Part shown: one piece after another, positions 19,026 through 30,711 of the stretch
How the letters are laid out: the number at the start of each line of letters is the position of its first letter
Position numbering within the stretch: position 1 is the first letter of the stretch
Origin: an uncultured Verrucomicrobiae bacterium
GTDB taxonomy: Bacteria > Verrucomicrobiota > Verrucomicrobiia > Palsa-1439
DNA length: 64,000 nt
Direction of reading: 5' to 3'
Assembly (NCBI GenBank): GCA_963812605.1
Contig: CAWEWF010000005.1
Span: 64,001 to 128,000 of the forward strand
The notes under the pieces: model-generated
Told to the model about the DNA's origin: nothing
Databases searched by the model: none
The model's input: the letters and a program-made list of their open reading frames with translations, nothing else
Program-made: the position numbers and the translations under genes

Positions 19026-21092
19026 ATGAAGCGCTATCCGCCGATCAATCCCAAGTGCCCGCATTTCCTCCACGGCGGCGATTACAATCCCGACCAGTGG
19101 TTGCAGGCGCCGGAGGTGTTGAAGGAAGACCTGCGATTGATGAAGCTCGCGCACTGCAATGCGATGTCGGTCGGCATTTTCTCGTGGGCCGCGCTGGAAC
19201 CGGAAGAGGGCCGGTTCACTTTCGATTGGCTCGACCGTGTGTTGGACGATCTTGCAAAGAATGGGGTGTTCGCGGTTCTCGCCACACCCAGCGGCGCGCG
19301 TCCTGCATGGATGTCGCAGAAATATCCGGAAGTCCTGCGCGTGAACGCCGACCGGGTCCGCATCCTTCACGGGGCCCGTCACAATCACTGTTACACGTCG
19401 CCGGTTTATCGCGAGAAAACGGCGATCATCAATCGCAAGTTGGCCGAGCGGTACAAGGATCATCCCGCCTTGTTGCTGTGGCATCTCTCGAACGAATACA
19501 GCGGCGAGTGCCATTGCCCGCTGTGCCAGGACGCATTTCGCGCGTGGCTCAAACGACGCTACACTTCGCTCGATGCTGTTGAACCAGGCATGGTGGACCG
19601 CTTTTTGGAGCCATACTTACACCGATTGGTCACAAATTGAATCGCCCGCACCGCATGGCGAGTGGGCGGTTCATGGGCTCAACCTCGACTGGAAGCGGTT
19701 TGTGACCCATCAGACGACCGATTTCATGAAACATGAGATCAGGCCGTTACGCGAGATCACGCCGAAGGTGCCCGTGACCACGAACATGATGGGCACGTAC
19801 ACGGGGTTGGACTATTGGAAGATGGCGCCCGAGCTGGATGTCGTCTCTTGGGACAGCTATCCCGCGTGGCACGGACAAGAAGAGGATTGGCGATTGGGGA
19901 GTTCGATTTCTTTCGTGCACGACATTTATCGTTGTCTGAAAGGCGGCAAGCCGTTCCTCTTGATGGAGAGCACGCCGAGCTTCACGAACTGGCAGGAGGT
20001 CTGCAAGCTCAAGCGCCCCAACATGCACCGGCTCTCGTCGTTACAGGCCGTCGCCCACGGCGCAGATAGCGTGCAATATTTTCAATGGCGCAAAAGCCGC
20101 GGGGCGTTCGAGAAGTTTCACGGCGCGGTTGTCGATCATGTCGGCCACGAAAACACGCGTACATTCCGCGATGTCGCGGAAGTGGGGCAGGTTTTGGAGA
20201 AGCTGGACGCGGTCGTTGGCACAACGATTCGTCCGGAAGTGGCGGTCATCTACGACTGGGAAAACGAGTGGGCCATTGGCGACTTGCAGGGATTGTCGCG
20301 GAAACGTCGTGATTATGGCGGGACTTGCGTGGCGCAATACCGGCCATTTTGGTCGCGCGGCGTGCCCGTCGATGTGATCAACATGGACGGCGATTTTACG
20401 GGCTACAAACTGCTGATCGCCCCCATGCTTTACATGCTGCGACCCGGTGTCGCGGAGCGGATCGAAAGATTTGTGAAACGGGGCGGCGTATTCGTCACGA
20501 CCTACTGTAGCGGAATCGTCAATGAAACCGATCTCTGTTTCCTCGGCGGGTTTCCCGGACCGCTGCGCAAGGTCCTCGGCATTTGGTCCGAGGAAATCGA
20601 CGCGCTTTACGAAGGGGAGACGAATGTCGTTCTGCCCGTCGCGAAGAATGGTCTCGGGCTCGCTGGCCGGTATCAGGCGCGCGAGCTCTGCGATCTCATT
20701 CATGCGGAGACGGCGCAGGTGCTGGCGAAATACGGCGCGGACTTCTACAAAGGCCGTCCCGCGCTAACCGTGAATACATTCGGCAAGGGCCGGGCGTATT
20801 ACATTGCCTCGCGCAACGACGACCGTTTCCATGAAAGCTTTTACGGCGGGCTATCGGCCAACTTGGCCTGAAACGGACTCTCCGCGCCAACCTGCCCAAA
20901 GGCGTCACCGCCCAGATGCGCACCGATGGCGAGCATGACTTTGTGTTCCTGTTGAATTTCCAGCCCGCGGCCCGCAAGGTGAATTTCAGCCGCGAAGCGT
21001 TCACGGACATGACCTGCGGTAAGAGCGTCAAAGGAACCGTCACCATGCCCGCTTACGGCTCGCTGGTCTTGCGCCGCCCGCACGCTGCGTAG
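19026..21092 (+). CDS. Beta-galactosidase GH42 (frameshifts near 19575 and 20860)
   Basis: GGDYNPDQW, WHLSNEY, SWDSYP, LMESTPS, EKFHGAV. Confidence 0.9.
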
Positions 21093-21131
21093 GTTGACAA
21101 TCGGCGGCGGGTGTGGTGAGTTAGCGGTGCC

Positions 21132-22246
21132 ATGATTGAAGATTTCAAGAACAAGGTGAGCGATTTGCGCGAACGCCATCAGGCGTTAACGAGGTATCTT
21201 TGACGTCGACAAACAACGCGCTCGCCTCGTCGAGCTAGAGAACATCATGGCCGGCCCGACTTTTTGGGCCGATCAAGCCAAAGCCCGCACGATCCTGGAC
21301 GAAGCGACCACGATTCGCCGCAAACTCGACACGCAGGCGGCCCTCGACCAAAAAATCTCCGACGCGGCCATGCTCATCGACCTCGGTGAAACGGAGCAGG
21401 GGATTGCGGCGGAGGTCAATGCCGCCGAGCAGAAGTTCAACCAATTCGAGTTGGAAAACCTTCTCGGCGAGGAACACGACAAGTCCAACGCCATCTTCAG
21501 CATCCATGCGGGCGCGGGCGGCACGGAGAGTTGCGATTGGGCGAACATGCTCCTGCGCATGTACCAGCGCTACTCCGAATCGCGCGGCTTCAAGGTCGAC
21601 CTGGTGGACATCCAAGGCCGGCGATGAAGCGGGCATCAAGAGCGTCACCATGCTGGTGAGCGGCGAGTACGCCTACGGCTACCTGAAGGCCGAGCGCGGG
21701 GTGCATCGGCTCGTGCGGATTTCGCCGTTCGACTCGAACAAGCGCCGCCACACGTCTTTTGCCAGCGTGGACGTGATCGCGGAATTGGGCGCGTCGGCCG
21801 AAATCGAAATCAAGATGGAAGACGTGCAAGTGGACACGTTCCGGTCCGGTGGCAAGGGTGGACAGAATGTAAACAAGGTCGAGACGGCGATCCGCATGAC
21901 CCATCTGCCGACCGGCATCGTGGTGCAGTGCCAAAACCAACGCAGCCAGTACCAGAACCGCGAGCTGGCGATAGCCATGTTGAAGTCACGCCTCTACGAA
22001 AAGGAGCAGGACGAGAAGCGCGCCGCGATGGAGAAATACTACGGAGAGAAGGGCGCCATGGCCTGGGGCAACCAGATTCGCAGTTATGTGTTCCAGCCGT
22101 ACCAAATGGTCAAGGACCTGCGCACTGGCCACCAAACCAGCGACGTGCAGGGCGTGATGGACGGCGATCTCCAGCCCTTCATCAGCGCCTGGCTCAAAGC
22201 GGGCCAGCCGCGTAACCGCAAGCAGGGTGTGACAGATGAAGAATAA
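21132..22246 (+). CDS. prfB: Peptide chain release factor 2 (programmed +1 frameshift; second probable error near 21615)
   Basis: SPF motif, [11 protein letters not shown]; N-terminal ORF ends at CTT TGA C. Confidence 0.95.
21191..21204 (+). promoter_or_regulatory. prfB programmed frameshift site
   Basis: GAGG-TAT-CTT-TGA-C: internal SD plus the canonical slippery stop at codon 23-24. Confidence 0.93.
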
Positions 22247-23033
22247 GGTGAACATCCTCGACACAATTGTCGCCGAGAAGAAACTGGAGGTGGCGAAGCT
22301 GCGTCCGCAGGCGGGCAAGCTGAAGCAGGCGGCGGCGGAGCGCAAGGACTTCCGCGATTTTGCCGGCGCATTGCGTAGGGACGATGGTGTGACACTGATT
22401 GCTGAAATCAAGAAGGCGTCGCCGTCGGCTGGGTTGATCCTGAAGGATTTCGATGCAATTCGCATTGCCCGTGATTACGAGGGCGCGGGCGCTGCGGCGT
22501 TGTCGGTGTTGACCGATGAGAAGTTTTTTCAGGGACGCATCGAATATTTGCAACTAATCCGTGATGCGGTGAAGCTGCCGCTGCTGCGAAAGGACTTTAT
22601 TATCGATGAATTGCAAATTCATGAGTCCGCCGCGCGTGGCGCCGATGCGATTTTGCTGATCGTCGCGATTCTCGATGACGCGCAACTAAAGGGATTTCGT
22701 GAGTTGGCGTCACAACTGCGGTTGGCGGTGCTGGTAGAAGTCCATGACGAAGCGGAACTGGATCGGGCGCTGGCTTCCGGGGCGGAGATTATCGGGGTCA
22801 ACAATCGCGACTTGCGCGATTTTTCAGTGAGCCTGGCGACGACCGAGAAGCTCGCGATGAAATTGAAGCGCGGGATGTGCGGAAAGCACACCTTGGTGGC
22901 CGAGAGCGGCATTCATGTCCGAACAGATGTCGAACGGGTGGCAAAAGCCGGGGCAAACGCGGTCCTCGTAGGTGAATCCTTGATGCGCAGCGGCGATATT
23001 GCGGGGAAGGTGAGAGAACTGCTCGGCAAATGA
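22236..23033 (+). CDS. trpC: Indole-3-glycerol phosphate synthase
   Basis: [35 protein letters not shown]. Confidence 0.95.
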   Translation: MKNKVNILDTIVAEKKLEVAKLRPQAGKLKQAAAERKDFRDFAGALRRDDGVTLIAEIKKASPSAGLILKDFDAIRIARDYEGAGAAALSVLTDEKFFQGRIEYLQLIRDAVKLPLLRKDFIIDELQIHESAARGADAILLIVAILDDAQLKGFRELASQLRLAVLVEVHDEAELDRALASGAEIIGVNNRDLRDFSVSLATTEKLAMKLKRGMCGKHTLVAESGIHVRTDVERVAKAGANAVLVGESLMRSGDIAGKVRELLGK

Positions 23034-23647
23034 ACACCAAGATCAAAATCTGCGGCACGACGAACCTGAACGATGCGCTGTTGGCGGTGGAACTCGGCGC
23101 GGATGCGCTCGGCTTCATTTTCTACGCGAAAAGCCCGCGTTCGATCAGCGTGAGCGACGCGGCCAATATCTGCAATGCCTTGCCGCCGTTCGTGACCAAG
23201 GTGGGCGTATTTGTCGATGAACTGGAATACGAGATTGAGAAGGCGTTGAATGAGTGCCTGCTCAACGCGTTGCAGTTTCATGGCGACGAGCCGCCGGGCT
23301 TCTGCCAGAAGTTCGCCGCGAAGTCGATCAAGGCCATTCGCATGCGGGATGAAGACTCCTTGCGGATGGCCGCGGAGTACGATGTTGACGCGCTCTTGTT
23401 GGATACCTACACTGACGAATCGCGAGGTGGCACGGGCAAGACGTTCGACTGGTCGCTGGCGGTACGCGCGAAGGAGATTGGAACGCCAATCATCCTTTCG
23501 GGCGGTTTGACAACGGCCAACGTGCAGGAAGCCATTCGGCGCGTCCGTCCCTACGCGGTGGACGTGGCCAGCGGGGTGGAGCGCGAGGCGGGCAAGAAGG
23601 ATCCGGAGAAGCTGCGGAGATTCATCGAATTGTGCAAAAGCACCTGA
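23030..23647 (+). CDS. trpF: Phosphoribosylanthranilate isomerase
   Basis: [30 protein letters not shown]. Confidence 0.94.
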   Translation: MNTKIKICGTTNLNDALLAVELGADALGFIFYAKSPRSISVSDAANICNALPPFVTKVGVFVDELEYEIEKALNECLLNALQFHGDEPPGFCQKFAAKSIKAIRMRDEDSLRMAAEYDVDALLLDTYTDESRGGTGKTFDWSLAVRAKEIGTPIILSGGLTTANVQEAIRRVRPYAVDVASGVEREAGKKDPEKLRRFIELCKST

Positions 23648-24834
23648 CAACCGTACCCGACAAAGGCGGCCATTTTGGGCCGTACGGCGGCATGTTCGTG
23701 CCGGAGACGTTGATGGAGCCGCTGCACGAACTGGCCCGCGAGTACGAGAAGGCGCGCCGGGACAAAGAATTCCGGGACGAGCTCGCCTATTATCTGCGCG
23801 AATACTGCGGTCGCCCGACGCCGCTGTATCTTGCCGAGCGGATGACCCGCGAGCTCGGCGGGCCGAAGATTTATCTGAAGCGCGAGGATTTGCTGCACAC
23901 CGGCGCGCACAAGATCAACAACACCATCGGCCAGATTCTCCTCGCCAAGCGGATGGGCAAGCGTCGCATCATCGCCGAGACCGGTGCCGGTCAGCACGGG
24001 GTTGCCACGGCGACCGTGGCGGCGATGTTTGGCTTGGAATGCGCTGTGTACATGGGCGCGGTGGATATGGAGCGCCAGTCGTTGAACGTCTATCGCATGC
24101 GCCTGCTGGGCGCGGAAGTGCGCGCGGTCAACGCGGGCCAGAAGACGCTCAAGGAAGCCATCAACGAAGCGATGCGCGATTGGGTGACGAACGTCCGCAC
24201 GACGCATTACATCCTCGGCAGCGTCCTCGGGGCGCATCCGTACCCGATGATGGTGCGCGATTTCCAGAGCGTGATCGGACGCGAGGCGCGGCGGCAGATT
24301 TTGGAGAAGGAAGAACGGCTGCCGGACGAACTCGTGGCCTGCGTCGGCGGCGGCAGCAATGCCATCGGATTGTTCCACGCCTTCCTGAATGACAAGGGCG
24401 TGCGGATGGTCGGCGTCGAAGCCGGTGGCGAAGGAATCCGGGCGGGCAAGCATGCGGCGCGTTTCCAGAAAGGCGGTTCGCTCGGCGTGTTGCAGGGTAC
24501 GCGCACGTTCGTATTGCAGGACGACGACGGCCAGATCATGCTCACGCATTCCGTTTCGGCCGGACTCGATTACGCGGCGGTCGGTCCGGAGCACAGTCAT
24601 CTGCGGGATTTGAAGCGGGCCCGGTACACGTACGCCACGGACAATGAGGCGCTCGAAGCCGCGAAGTTCTGTTCGCGAATCGAGGGCATCATTCCGGCGC
24701 TCGAATCAGCGCACGCGGTCGCATATGTCATGAAGAACGCAAAGAAGCTTGGCCGGGAGGCCATCGTGATTGTCAACCTGAGCGGCCGTGGCGACAAGGA
24801 TGTCAGCCAGATGGCAAAATTATTGAAGCTATAA
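23632..24834 (+). CDS. trpB: Tryptophan synthase beta chain
   Basis: [41 protein letters not shown]. Confidence 0.96.
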   Translation: MQKHLTTVPDKGGHFGPYGGMFVPETLMEPLHELAREYEKARRDKEFRDELAYYLREYCGRPTPLYLAERMTRELGGPKIYLKREDLLHTGAHKINNTIGQILLAKRMGKRRIIAETGAGQHGVATATVAAMFGLECAVYMGAVDMERQSLNVYRMRLLGAEVRAVNAGQKTLKEAINEAMRDWVTNVRTTHYILGSVLGAHPYPMMVRDFQSVIGREARRQILEKEERLPDELVACVGGGSNAIGLFHAFLNDKGVRMVGVEAGGEGIRAGKHAARFQKGGSLGVLQGTRTFVLQDDDGQIMLTHSVSAGLDYAAVGPEHSHLRDLKRARYTYATDNEALEAAKFCSRIEGIIPALESAHAVAYVMKNAKKLGREAIVIVNLSGRGDKDVSQMAKLLKL

Positions 24835-24999
24835 GACCGTATTTCCGATGCTGGCACTACCAAAAACGATTGGTTCAGCGGCTCCCGGGACCCGGTGGCG
24901 CCGTGCTGGTGCTGGCTTTGTGGCTGCCGCTGTATGTGTTTATCGTCTGGCCCGCGCTCTTTGCGTTGCTGGGCAATTTCCGATTGAAATGAGGATGGC

Positions 25000-25878
25000 A
25001 TGAGATCAATGACCGGCTATGGCCGCGGGGACGCGGGGAAAGATGGGTTCAAGTTCACGGTTGAACTCAACTCGATCAACCGCAAACAGAGCGACATTTC
25101 GATCAACCTGCCGAAAGAGCTCATCGAGCTCGAGCCGCGCATCCGCGACGAGATCAACGCGCATCTTTCGCGCGGTCGCATCAACGTGGTGGTCGCCTTT
25201 CACCGGACCAACGCCAAGCCGGAGGACCAGGTCGAACTGGACACGGCGCTGGCAAAAGCCTACCACCGCGCGATCCAGAAACTACAAAAGGAAGTGAAAC
25301 TCAACGGCTCGCTGACACTGGATACGATTCTCCGGGCACCGGGCGTCATGAAACTGGGCGAGACTACGGTGGACGCGGAAAGCGTCTGGCCCCACGTGGA
25401 AGCCGCGTTGCGCAAGGCCATTGGGGGGCTGGTTCGGATGCGCGAGAAAGAGGGCAAATTCCTCGCCAACGATCTTGCAGCGCGGCTGGGCTTATTGGAA
25501 AACGGGTTGCAACTGATCGCCAAGACGGCCCCGGAAATCATCACACGCTATCGAGAACAATTGCATGCGCGGATCAAGGAGGCGGGGCTGGACGTTTCGC
25601 TGGATGATGAGCGGCTGGTGAAGGAGGTCGTTTTCTTCGCTGATCGCGCCGACATCTCGGAGGAAATCACCAGGCTCAGCAGCCACCTGAAGCAGTTCCG
25701 GGATTGCCTCAAGCCCGGTGAGCCCGTCGGGCGCACCCTGGATTTTCTGGCACAGGAGATGGGACGGGAGATCAATACCATCGGATCCAAGGCGAACGCG
25801 GCGGAGATTTCGCAGCAGGTCGTGAAGATGAAGGCCGAGTTGGAAAAAATCCGCGAACAGATCCAGAACGTCGAATGA
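25000..25878 (+). CDS. yicC: YicC/YloC family endoribonuclease
   Basis: MRSMTGYG, DISEEITRL, QEMGREINTIGSK, IREQIQNVE. Confidence 0.93.
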   Translation: MRSMTGYGRGDAGKDGFKFTVELNSINRKQSDISINLPKELIELEPRIRDEINAHLSRGRINVVVAFHRTNAKPEDQVELDTALAKAYHRAIQKLQKEVKLNGSLTLDTILRAPGVMKLGETTVDAESVWPHVEAALRKAIGGLVRMREKEGKFLANDLAARLGLLENGLQLIAKTAPEIITRYREQLHARIKEAGLDVSLDDERLVKEVVFFADRADISEEITRLSSHLKQFRDCLKPGEPVGRTLDFLAQEMGREINTIGSKANAAEISQQVVKMKAELEKIREQIQNVE

Positions 25879-26540
25879 ACGAGTCTACCACCATTCCGCC
25901 GCGCACGGGCCTCATTCTTGTCGTCTCCGCGCCTTCGGGCGGCGGGAAAAGTTCGCTGTGCCAGCGGTTGTTGAACTGGGCGCCGAACATGGTCTACTCG
26001 GTTTCCTGCACGACGCGGGAGCCGCGTGGCGGCGAACAAAACGGTCGCGATTACTTTTTTCTGAGCGTGGAAGAATTCGAGAGGAAAATTGCGGCGGGTG
26101 AGTTTCTGGAGTACGCGAAGTACAACAACCATTATTACGGCACCCCGCGCAGCTTTGTCGAAGAGCAACTGGCCGCCGGGTGCGACGTGCTGTTGGACAT
26201 CGAGGTGCAGGGGGCGCAACAGGTGGCCCAGTGCGTGCGCGGCGGCGGGTTTGCCTATCCCGATGCGCTGGTGATGATTTTCCTGATGCCGCCATCGTTG
26301 GAATTGCTGGAGACACGGTTGCGCCGTCGCGGGACGGACAGCGACGAGACAATCCGCAAACGGCTGACGCTGGCGCAAGCGGAGATGAAGCATTGGGCGG
26401 AGTACGATTACGTGATTGTCAGCGGCCGGCTGGATGACGATTTCGAACAGGGCAAGGCAATTGTTATTGCCGAGAAGTGCCGCACGACGCGTGTAGCAAA
26501 GGACGATAAACCATGGCAGCAAAAAGAACTATCCTTCTAG
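25875..26540 (+). CDS. gmk: Guanylate kinase
   Basis: SAPSGGGKS, SCTTREPR, YYGT, LDIEVQGA. Confidence 0.95.
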   Translation: MNESTTIPPRTGLILVVSAPSGGGKSSLCQRLLNWAPNMVYSVSCTTREPRGGEQNGRDYFFLSVEEFERKIAAGEFLEYAKYNNHYYGTPRSFVEEQLAAGCDVLLDIEVQGAQQVAQCVRGGGFAYPDALVMIFLMPPSLELLETRLRRRGTDSDETIRKRLTLAQAEMKHWAEYDYVIVSGRLDDDFEQGKAIVIAEKCRTTRVAKDDKPWQQKELSF

Positions 26541-27064
26541 GCGTCACGGGTTCCATCGCGGCATACAAGTCCGCCGACTTGGCGAGCCAACTGAAGAAGC
26601 TCGGCCATGACGTGTTTTGCGTGATGACGAGGGACGCGTCGCGTTTTATTACGCCCCTGACCTTGCAGACGCTCTCGCAGCATCCCGTGACGACCGATCT
26701 CTTTGAGGAAGGCGAAGGAGACTGGCGGCCGAGCCATCTGCAACTGGCCGACACTGCCGATCTGCTGATCATCTCGCCGGCCACCGCCAATGTTATCGCC
26801 AAGCTCGCCCATGGCATTGCCGACGACGCGCTGAGTACGATTGCCCTTGCGTTGCGTCCCAAGGCCAAGGTGCTTGTCGCGCCCGCGATGAACGGCAAGA
26901 TGTGGCTGCACCCGGCGACGCAGGCGAACGTAAAACTCCTGCGGTCGCGCGGCGTCGAATTCATCGGGCCCGATAAAGGTTTGCTGGCTTGCGGTTACGA
27001 AGGCATCGGGCGGCTGTGGAATGTGGATGAGATCGTGAAGAAGATTCAGAAGACGCTTGGATGA
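26513..27064 (+). CDS. coaC: Phosphopantothenoylcysteine decarboxylase (stand-alone CoaC)
   Basis: GVTGSIAAYK, PATAN, APAMN, LACG. Confidence 0.9.
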   Translation: MAAKRTILLGVTGSIAAYKSADLASQLKKLGHDVFCVMTRDASRFITPLTLQTLSQHPVTTDLFEEGEGDWRPSHLQLADTADLLIISPATANVIAKLAHGIADDALSTIALALRPKAKVLVAPAMNGKMWLHPATQANVKLLRSRGVEFIGPDKGLLACGYEGIGRLWNVDEIVKKIQKTLG

Positions 27065-27089
27065 ACTCGTCATTCTGAGCGAAGCCAGG

Positions 27090-27728
27090 ATGAAATCGCC
27101 GGCCGACATTCGTTTCCTCATCACCGCGGGACCGACCCGCGAGTTTTTCGATGCCATCCGCTATGTCTCCAATCGTTCGTCGGGGAAAATGGGCTACGCG
27201 CTTGCCGAGGCGGCGCGCGCGCTCTCGTCGCAGGTGGTGCTGGTCAGCGGACCGACGGCGCTCACGCCGCCGCAGGGAGTCGAGTTTGTCCCGGTGACAA
27301 CGGCGCAGGAGATGGCGGAGGCGGTGTGGAGCCGGTTCGGGAAGGCGGACATTTGTATCATGGCGGCAGCGGTCTGCGATTTCAGGCCGACGAAAACGGC
27401 GACGGGCAAAATCAAAAAAGGCTCATTCAACGGCGTGCTCGAGTTGGAGCCGACGCCGGACATTCTCGCGGAACTGGGACGACGCAAGAAATCCCAGGTG
27501 CTGGTTGGTTTCGCGGCGGAAACGGATGATCTCGAAAAGAATGCGCGCGAGAAGTTGCTTCGGAAGGGACTCAATTTCATCGTAGCGAACGATGCCAGCG
27601 CATTTGACGCGGAGACGAATCGCGTGGCCGTCATCGGCGGCGAAGGAAAGGTTGAGCGGCTGCCGGAACTGCCAAAGATCGAGGTTGCGAAGGCGATTAT
27701 CGAGCGAGCGGTGCGGCTGGTCCGCTGA
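27090..27728 (+). CDS. coaB: Phosphopantothenate-cysteine ligase (stand-alone CoaB)
   Basis: ITAGPTRE, SNRSSGKMG, AAVCDF, VGFAAET, IVAND. Confidence 0.9.
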   Translation: MKSPADIRFLITAGPTREFFDAIRYVSNRSSGKMGYALAEAARALSSQVVLVSGPTALTPPQGVEFVPVTTAQEMAEAVWSRFGKADICIMAAAVCDFRPTKTATGKIKKGSFNGVLELEPTPDILAELGRRKKSQVLVGFAAETDDLEKNAREKLLRKGLNFIVANDASAFDAETNRVAVIGGEGKVERLPELPKIEVAKAIIERAVRLVR

Positions 27729-27731
27729 CCG

Positions 27732-28148
27732 TTACGAATTGTGGGGTTTTTTGGAAAGGTCGCTGCGGATTTTCTCGAAGCGATTGTCCTGCCGGAGATT
27801 ATCGAGGTCGGGGTCCTTGGTGAGCCACTGGGCGTCGCTATAGCCGAGCTTGACCGCCTGGCGGAGGGCGGCGAACGCCTGCTCCACATATTTCAGGAGC
27901 GAATAGCTGCACGCCAGGTTGTAGAACACCAGCGAATTGTCGGGACAAAGCCTGGCCAGCCGCTCGTCGATTTTGAGCCCCTTTTCCCATTGTCCCGTCT
28001 TCGTGTAGGCATCACCAAGGATTTGCAGGGCTTCGATGAAGTCGGGATCGTGGTGCGCGATGCCCTCGAAGAACCTGATTTCGAAATCGAGGTCCTCTTT
28101 CGTGGCGGCTTTGCCACGCGGTAGTTTTGTCTCCCGGATCGGCAACAT
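27732..28148 (-). CDS. TPR domain protein
   Basis: LGDAYTKTG, YNLACSYSL, DPDLDNLR. Confidence 0.8.
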   Translation of the reverse strand: MLPIRETKLPRGKAATKEDLDFEIRFFEGIAHHDPDFIEALQILGDAYTKTGQWEKGLKIDERLARLCPDNSLVFYNLACSYSLLKYVEQAFAALRQAVKLGYSDAQWLTKDPDLDNLRQDNRFEKIRSDLSKKPHNS

Positions 28149-28162
28149 GGCGATCGTTCTCC

Positions 28163-29458
28163 CTAGGCTGCGCTGTCGGGCCGCAAATCGTTGATCACGA
28201 TTCCCGAAAGCAACTTCGGGTAGAAATCCGTGCTCTTCTGCGGCATCCGCGAACGGGCGTCAGCAATGACTTTGACCTCCTCAATCTGCGTTGGATTCAG
28301 AAAAAATGCAAGCTGCGACTTGCCGGCCTGAACCGACTCCGCGGCCTTCTCCGGCTCGCGCCAATAGGCGACATTGGACTCTTCGCGCAGGCGAATTTCG
28401 TCGATGCCCAGCAGGGCTTCGAGGATCCCGACGTGAAGAATGGCCACGTCCAACGTATGCCACAGCGGTGGCTTGTCCACGAACAGCGGTCGCAACGCGT
28501 CGAGGTTTTTGGGCTGCAGCAATGCGAAACCATCCGCATCGCGCATCCCAATGAGATGTTGTCCGCCTTTCATGGCCCCGAGCAGTTCCTCCAATGACGG
28601 ATGGAGTTCAATCGAAAAGGTTTTTGCCAGCAACTCACGGAAGCGCTGCCGGTCAAAGCCGCTGAGATTTGCCACGGTCCGATGCGTCGGCAGGACGATC
28701 AATCCAGGGTCGCTCATGTCCACCAGGGTTGCCATCACAAATTCAGATGGCGAGTTTGGGTCGGCCTTGTGAGCCGCCGCGCGACACTCATCGCGGTACG
28801 CCAGCGCGGTCTCATAACGATGGTGTCCATCCGCAATGTAGAATTTTACCTCCCGCAACGCATCCTGGGCGGACGCGATCGCCTTGGGATCGCTGATTTC
28901 CCAAAGCCGGTTCACGACGCCGTAGTCGTCAGTCGCGGTCAATGCGGGGTCGCCCTTGGGAGTGGGGAGGGGATTGCGTTTAGGACGCGGGTACAGCATA
29001 AAGATCTGACCTTGCTGTGAACCGCACGCGCGCAGCAGCGACAGACGGTCGGCTTTCGGCTTGGAGAGCGTATGTTCGTGCGGCAGGATCACACCCTCGT
29101 CCCAGCGGTGAAGGCGCACGCGGGCGATCAACGCCCGGCGCGTCCGTTTTCCGGAACCGTCAGGCGCGGCGAAGGTCTGTTCGAGATAATAAAGCGCCGG
29201 CTTCGCTGCCTGCCGCAATACACCTTCCCGCAACCACGCTTGATACAAATCGCGCGCCCGGGTGTACTTGTTGTTCGTTTCCGAGTCACCGGGCGCTTCT
29301 TTCCCCAGTTCAATTTGTACGAGGTTGTAGAGAGAGAGCTTTTGGTATCGCTCTTGCATTGCGGGCGTGATCTTGTCGTAAGGCTGCGTCAGCACGTCAT
29401 TGAGCTTGACCCGCTGGGTGTTGTAGAGAACTCCGCGAAAAGGTTGAATATCCGCCAT
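28163..29458 (-). CDS. DUF1015 family protein
   Basis: PFRG, PYD, PHEHT, IADGHHRYETA, MPQKSTDFYPK. Confidence 0.9.
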   Translation of the reverse strand: MADIQPFRGVLYNTQRVKLNDVLTQPYDKITPAMQERYQKLSLYNLVQIELGKEAPGDSETNNKYTRARDLYQAWLREGVLRQAAKPALYYLEQTFAAPDGSGKRTRRALIARVRLHRWDEGVILPHEHTLSKPKADRLSLLRACGSQQGQIFMLYPRPKRNPLPTPKGDPALTATDDYGVVNRLWEISDPKAIASAQDALREVKFYIADGHHRYETALAYRDECRAAAHKADPNSPSEFVMATLVDMSDPGLIVLPTHRTVANLSGFDRQRFRELLAKTFSIELHPSLEELLGAMKGGQHLIGMRDADGFALLQPKNLDALRPLFVDKPPLWHTLDVAILHVGILEALLGIDEIRLREESNVAYWREPEKAAESVQAGKSQLAFFLNPTQIEEVKVIADARSRMPQKSTDFYPKLLSGIVINDLRPDSAA

Positions 29459-29560
29459 AAGTATCTGTAAGTTGCGGTCGATACTAGGCGGTGCCCCGCA
29501 TAGCGTCAAGAACTGCGAAACGAATGGCCGCGACAGGCATCCAAAACAGAGTCACGGATC

Positions 29561-30133
29561 ATGAAACGAAACGGCAACCGTGTAGCTCTACTCGCAGCCC
29601 TGGCTCTAGCTGGCGCTTTTTTGCCGTTGGGGTTCGCGAACGAACCGAACCGATTGACGGAAAAGGCCACGTTTAGCGCCGGGTGTTTTTGGGGCGTGGA
29701 AGCGGCGTTCCGCCAGGTGAAAGGCGTGACGGATACGGTGGTCGGCTACATGGGCGGGACGCTGAAGAACCCCACGTATGAGGATGTGACCACCCATCGC
29801 ACGGGCCACATGGAGGTTTGCCAGGTCACGTACGACCCGTCGCAAACCAGTTATGAAAAACTGGTCGCGGTATTTTTTCAGATCCGCAAGCCGACCTCCT
29901 TCAACCCCGCGGGGCATGATCTTGCCAGCCAGTACCGGTCGGTAATCTTTTTTCAAAGTCCCGAGCAGGAAAAAACCGCCCTGGCGGTAAAGGACCGGCT
30001 GCAAGCGTCGGGTAAATTCGACCAGCCGATTGCGGTGGCGATCGTCCCCGCGATGGAGTTTTGGCGTGCAGAAGAGTATCACCAGCGCTATGCTGAGAAA
30101 CACAATTTGCCGAGTTGTCAGATCGCACCATGA
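29561..30133 (+). CDS. msrA: Peptide methionine-S-sulfoxide reductase with signal peptide
   Basis: [18 protein letters not shown]; hydrophobic N-terminal signal. Confidence 0.92.
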   Translation: MKRNGNRVALLAALALAGAFLPLGFANEPNRLTEKATFSAGCFWGVEAAFRQVKGVTDTVVGYMGGTLKNPTYEDVTTHRTGHMEVCQVTYDPSQTSYEKLVAVFFQIRKPTSFNPAGHDLASQYRSVIFFQSPEQEKTALAVKDRLQASGKFDQPIAVAIVPAMEFWRAEEYHQRYAEKHNLPSCQIAP

Positions 30134-30693
30134 AATCCAATACCTGGTACATGCTGGCAGGCGCAGCCACGGTAATCGTGGCCGCGGGCTTTGCGCGATT
30201 CCTTCTCGGCGCCGAGGGCAACGTGCAAAACACAAACAAGAATCAAAAGGTGCAGATTGTGGAGTTTAGCGATTCCGGCGAGCGACAGGGAGTTGTCACG
30301 GTTGATCGGATCGTAAAAACGGACGCGGAATGGAAGAAGCAACTCGCACCGGAACAGTTCAAAGTGACGCGACAGGAGGGCACGGAGCGCGCCTGCTCGG
30401 CGGGCTACTGGAACAACCACGAGACGGGTCTTTACCGTTGCATTTGCTGCGGCACGGCGCTTTTCAAGTCCGACACGAAGTTTGAGTCCGGCACCGGTTG
30501 GCCGAGCTTTTGGGAGCCGGTGGCGGAAGAGAACATTGAATCGCGGCCCGACAATTCTTTCGGCATGGAACGCACGGAAGTACTCTGCAAGCGTTGTGGG
30601 GCGCATCTGGGCCATGTGTTTGACGATGGCCCCAAGCCCACCGGGCTCCGTTATTGCATCAATTCCGCGGCCCTGACTTTCGTGAAGAAATGA
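30130..30693 (+). CDS. msrB: Peptide methionine-R-sulfoxide reductase with N-terminal signal/anchor
   Basis: [27 protein letters not shown]. Confidence 0.94.
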   Translation: MKSNTWYMLAGAATVIVAAGFARFLLGAEGNVQNTNKNQKVQIVEFSDSGERQGVVTVDRIVKTDAEWKKQLAPEQFKVTRQEGTERACSAGYWNNHETGLYRCICCGTALFKSDTKFESGTGWPSFWEPVAEENIESRPDNSFGMERTEVLCKRCGAHLGHVFDDGPKPTGLRYCINSAALTFVKK

Positions 30694-30711
30694 TGCCTGG
30701 GGTGCTTTCCC

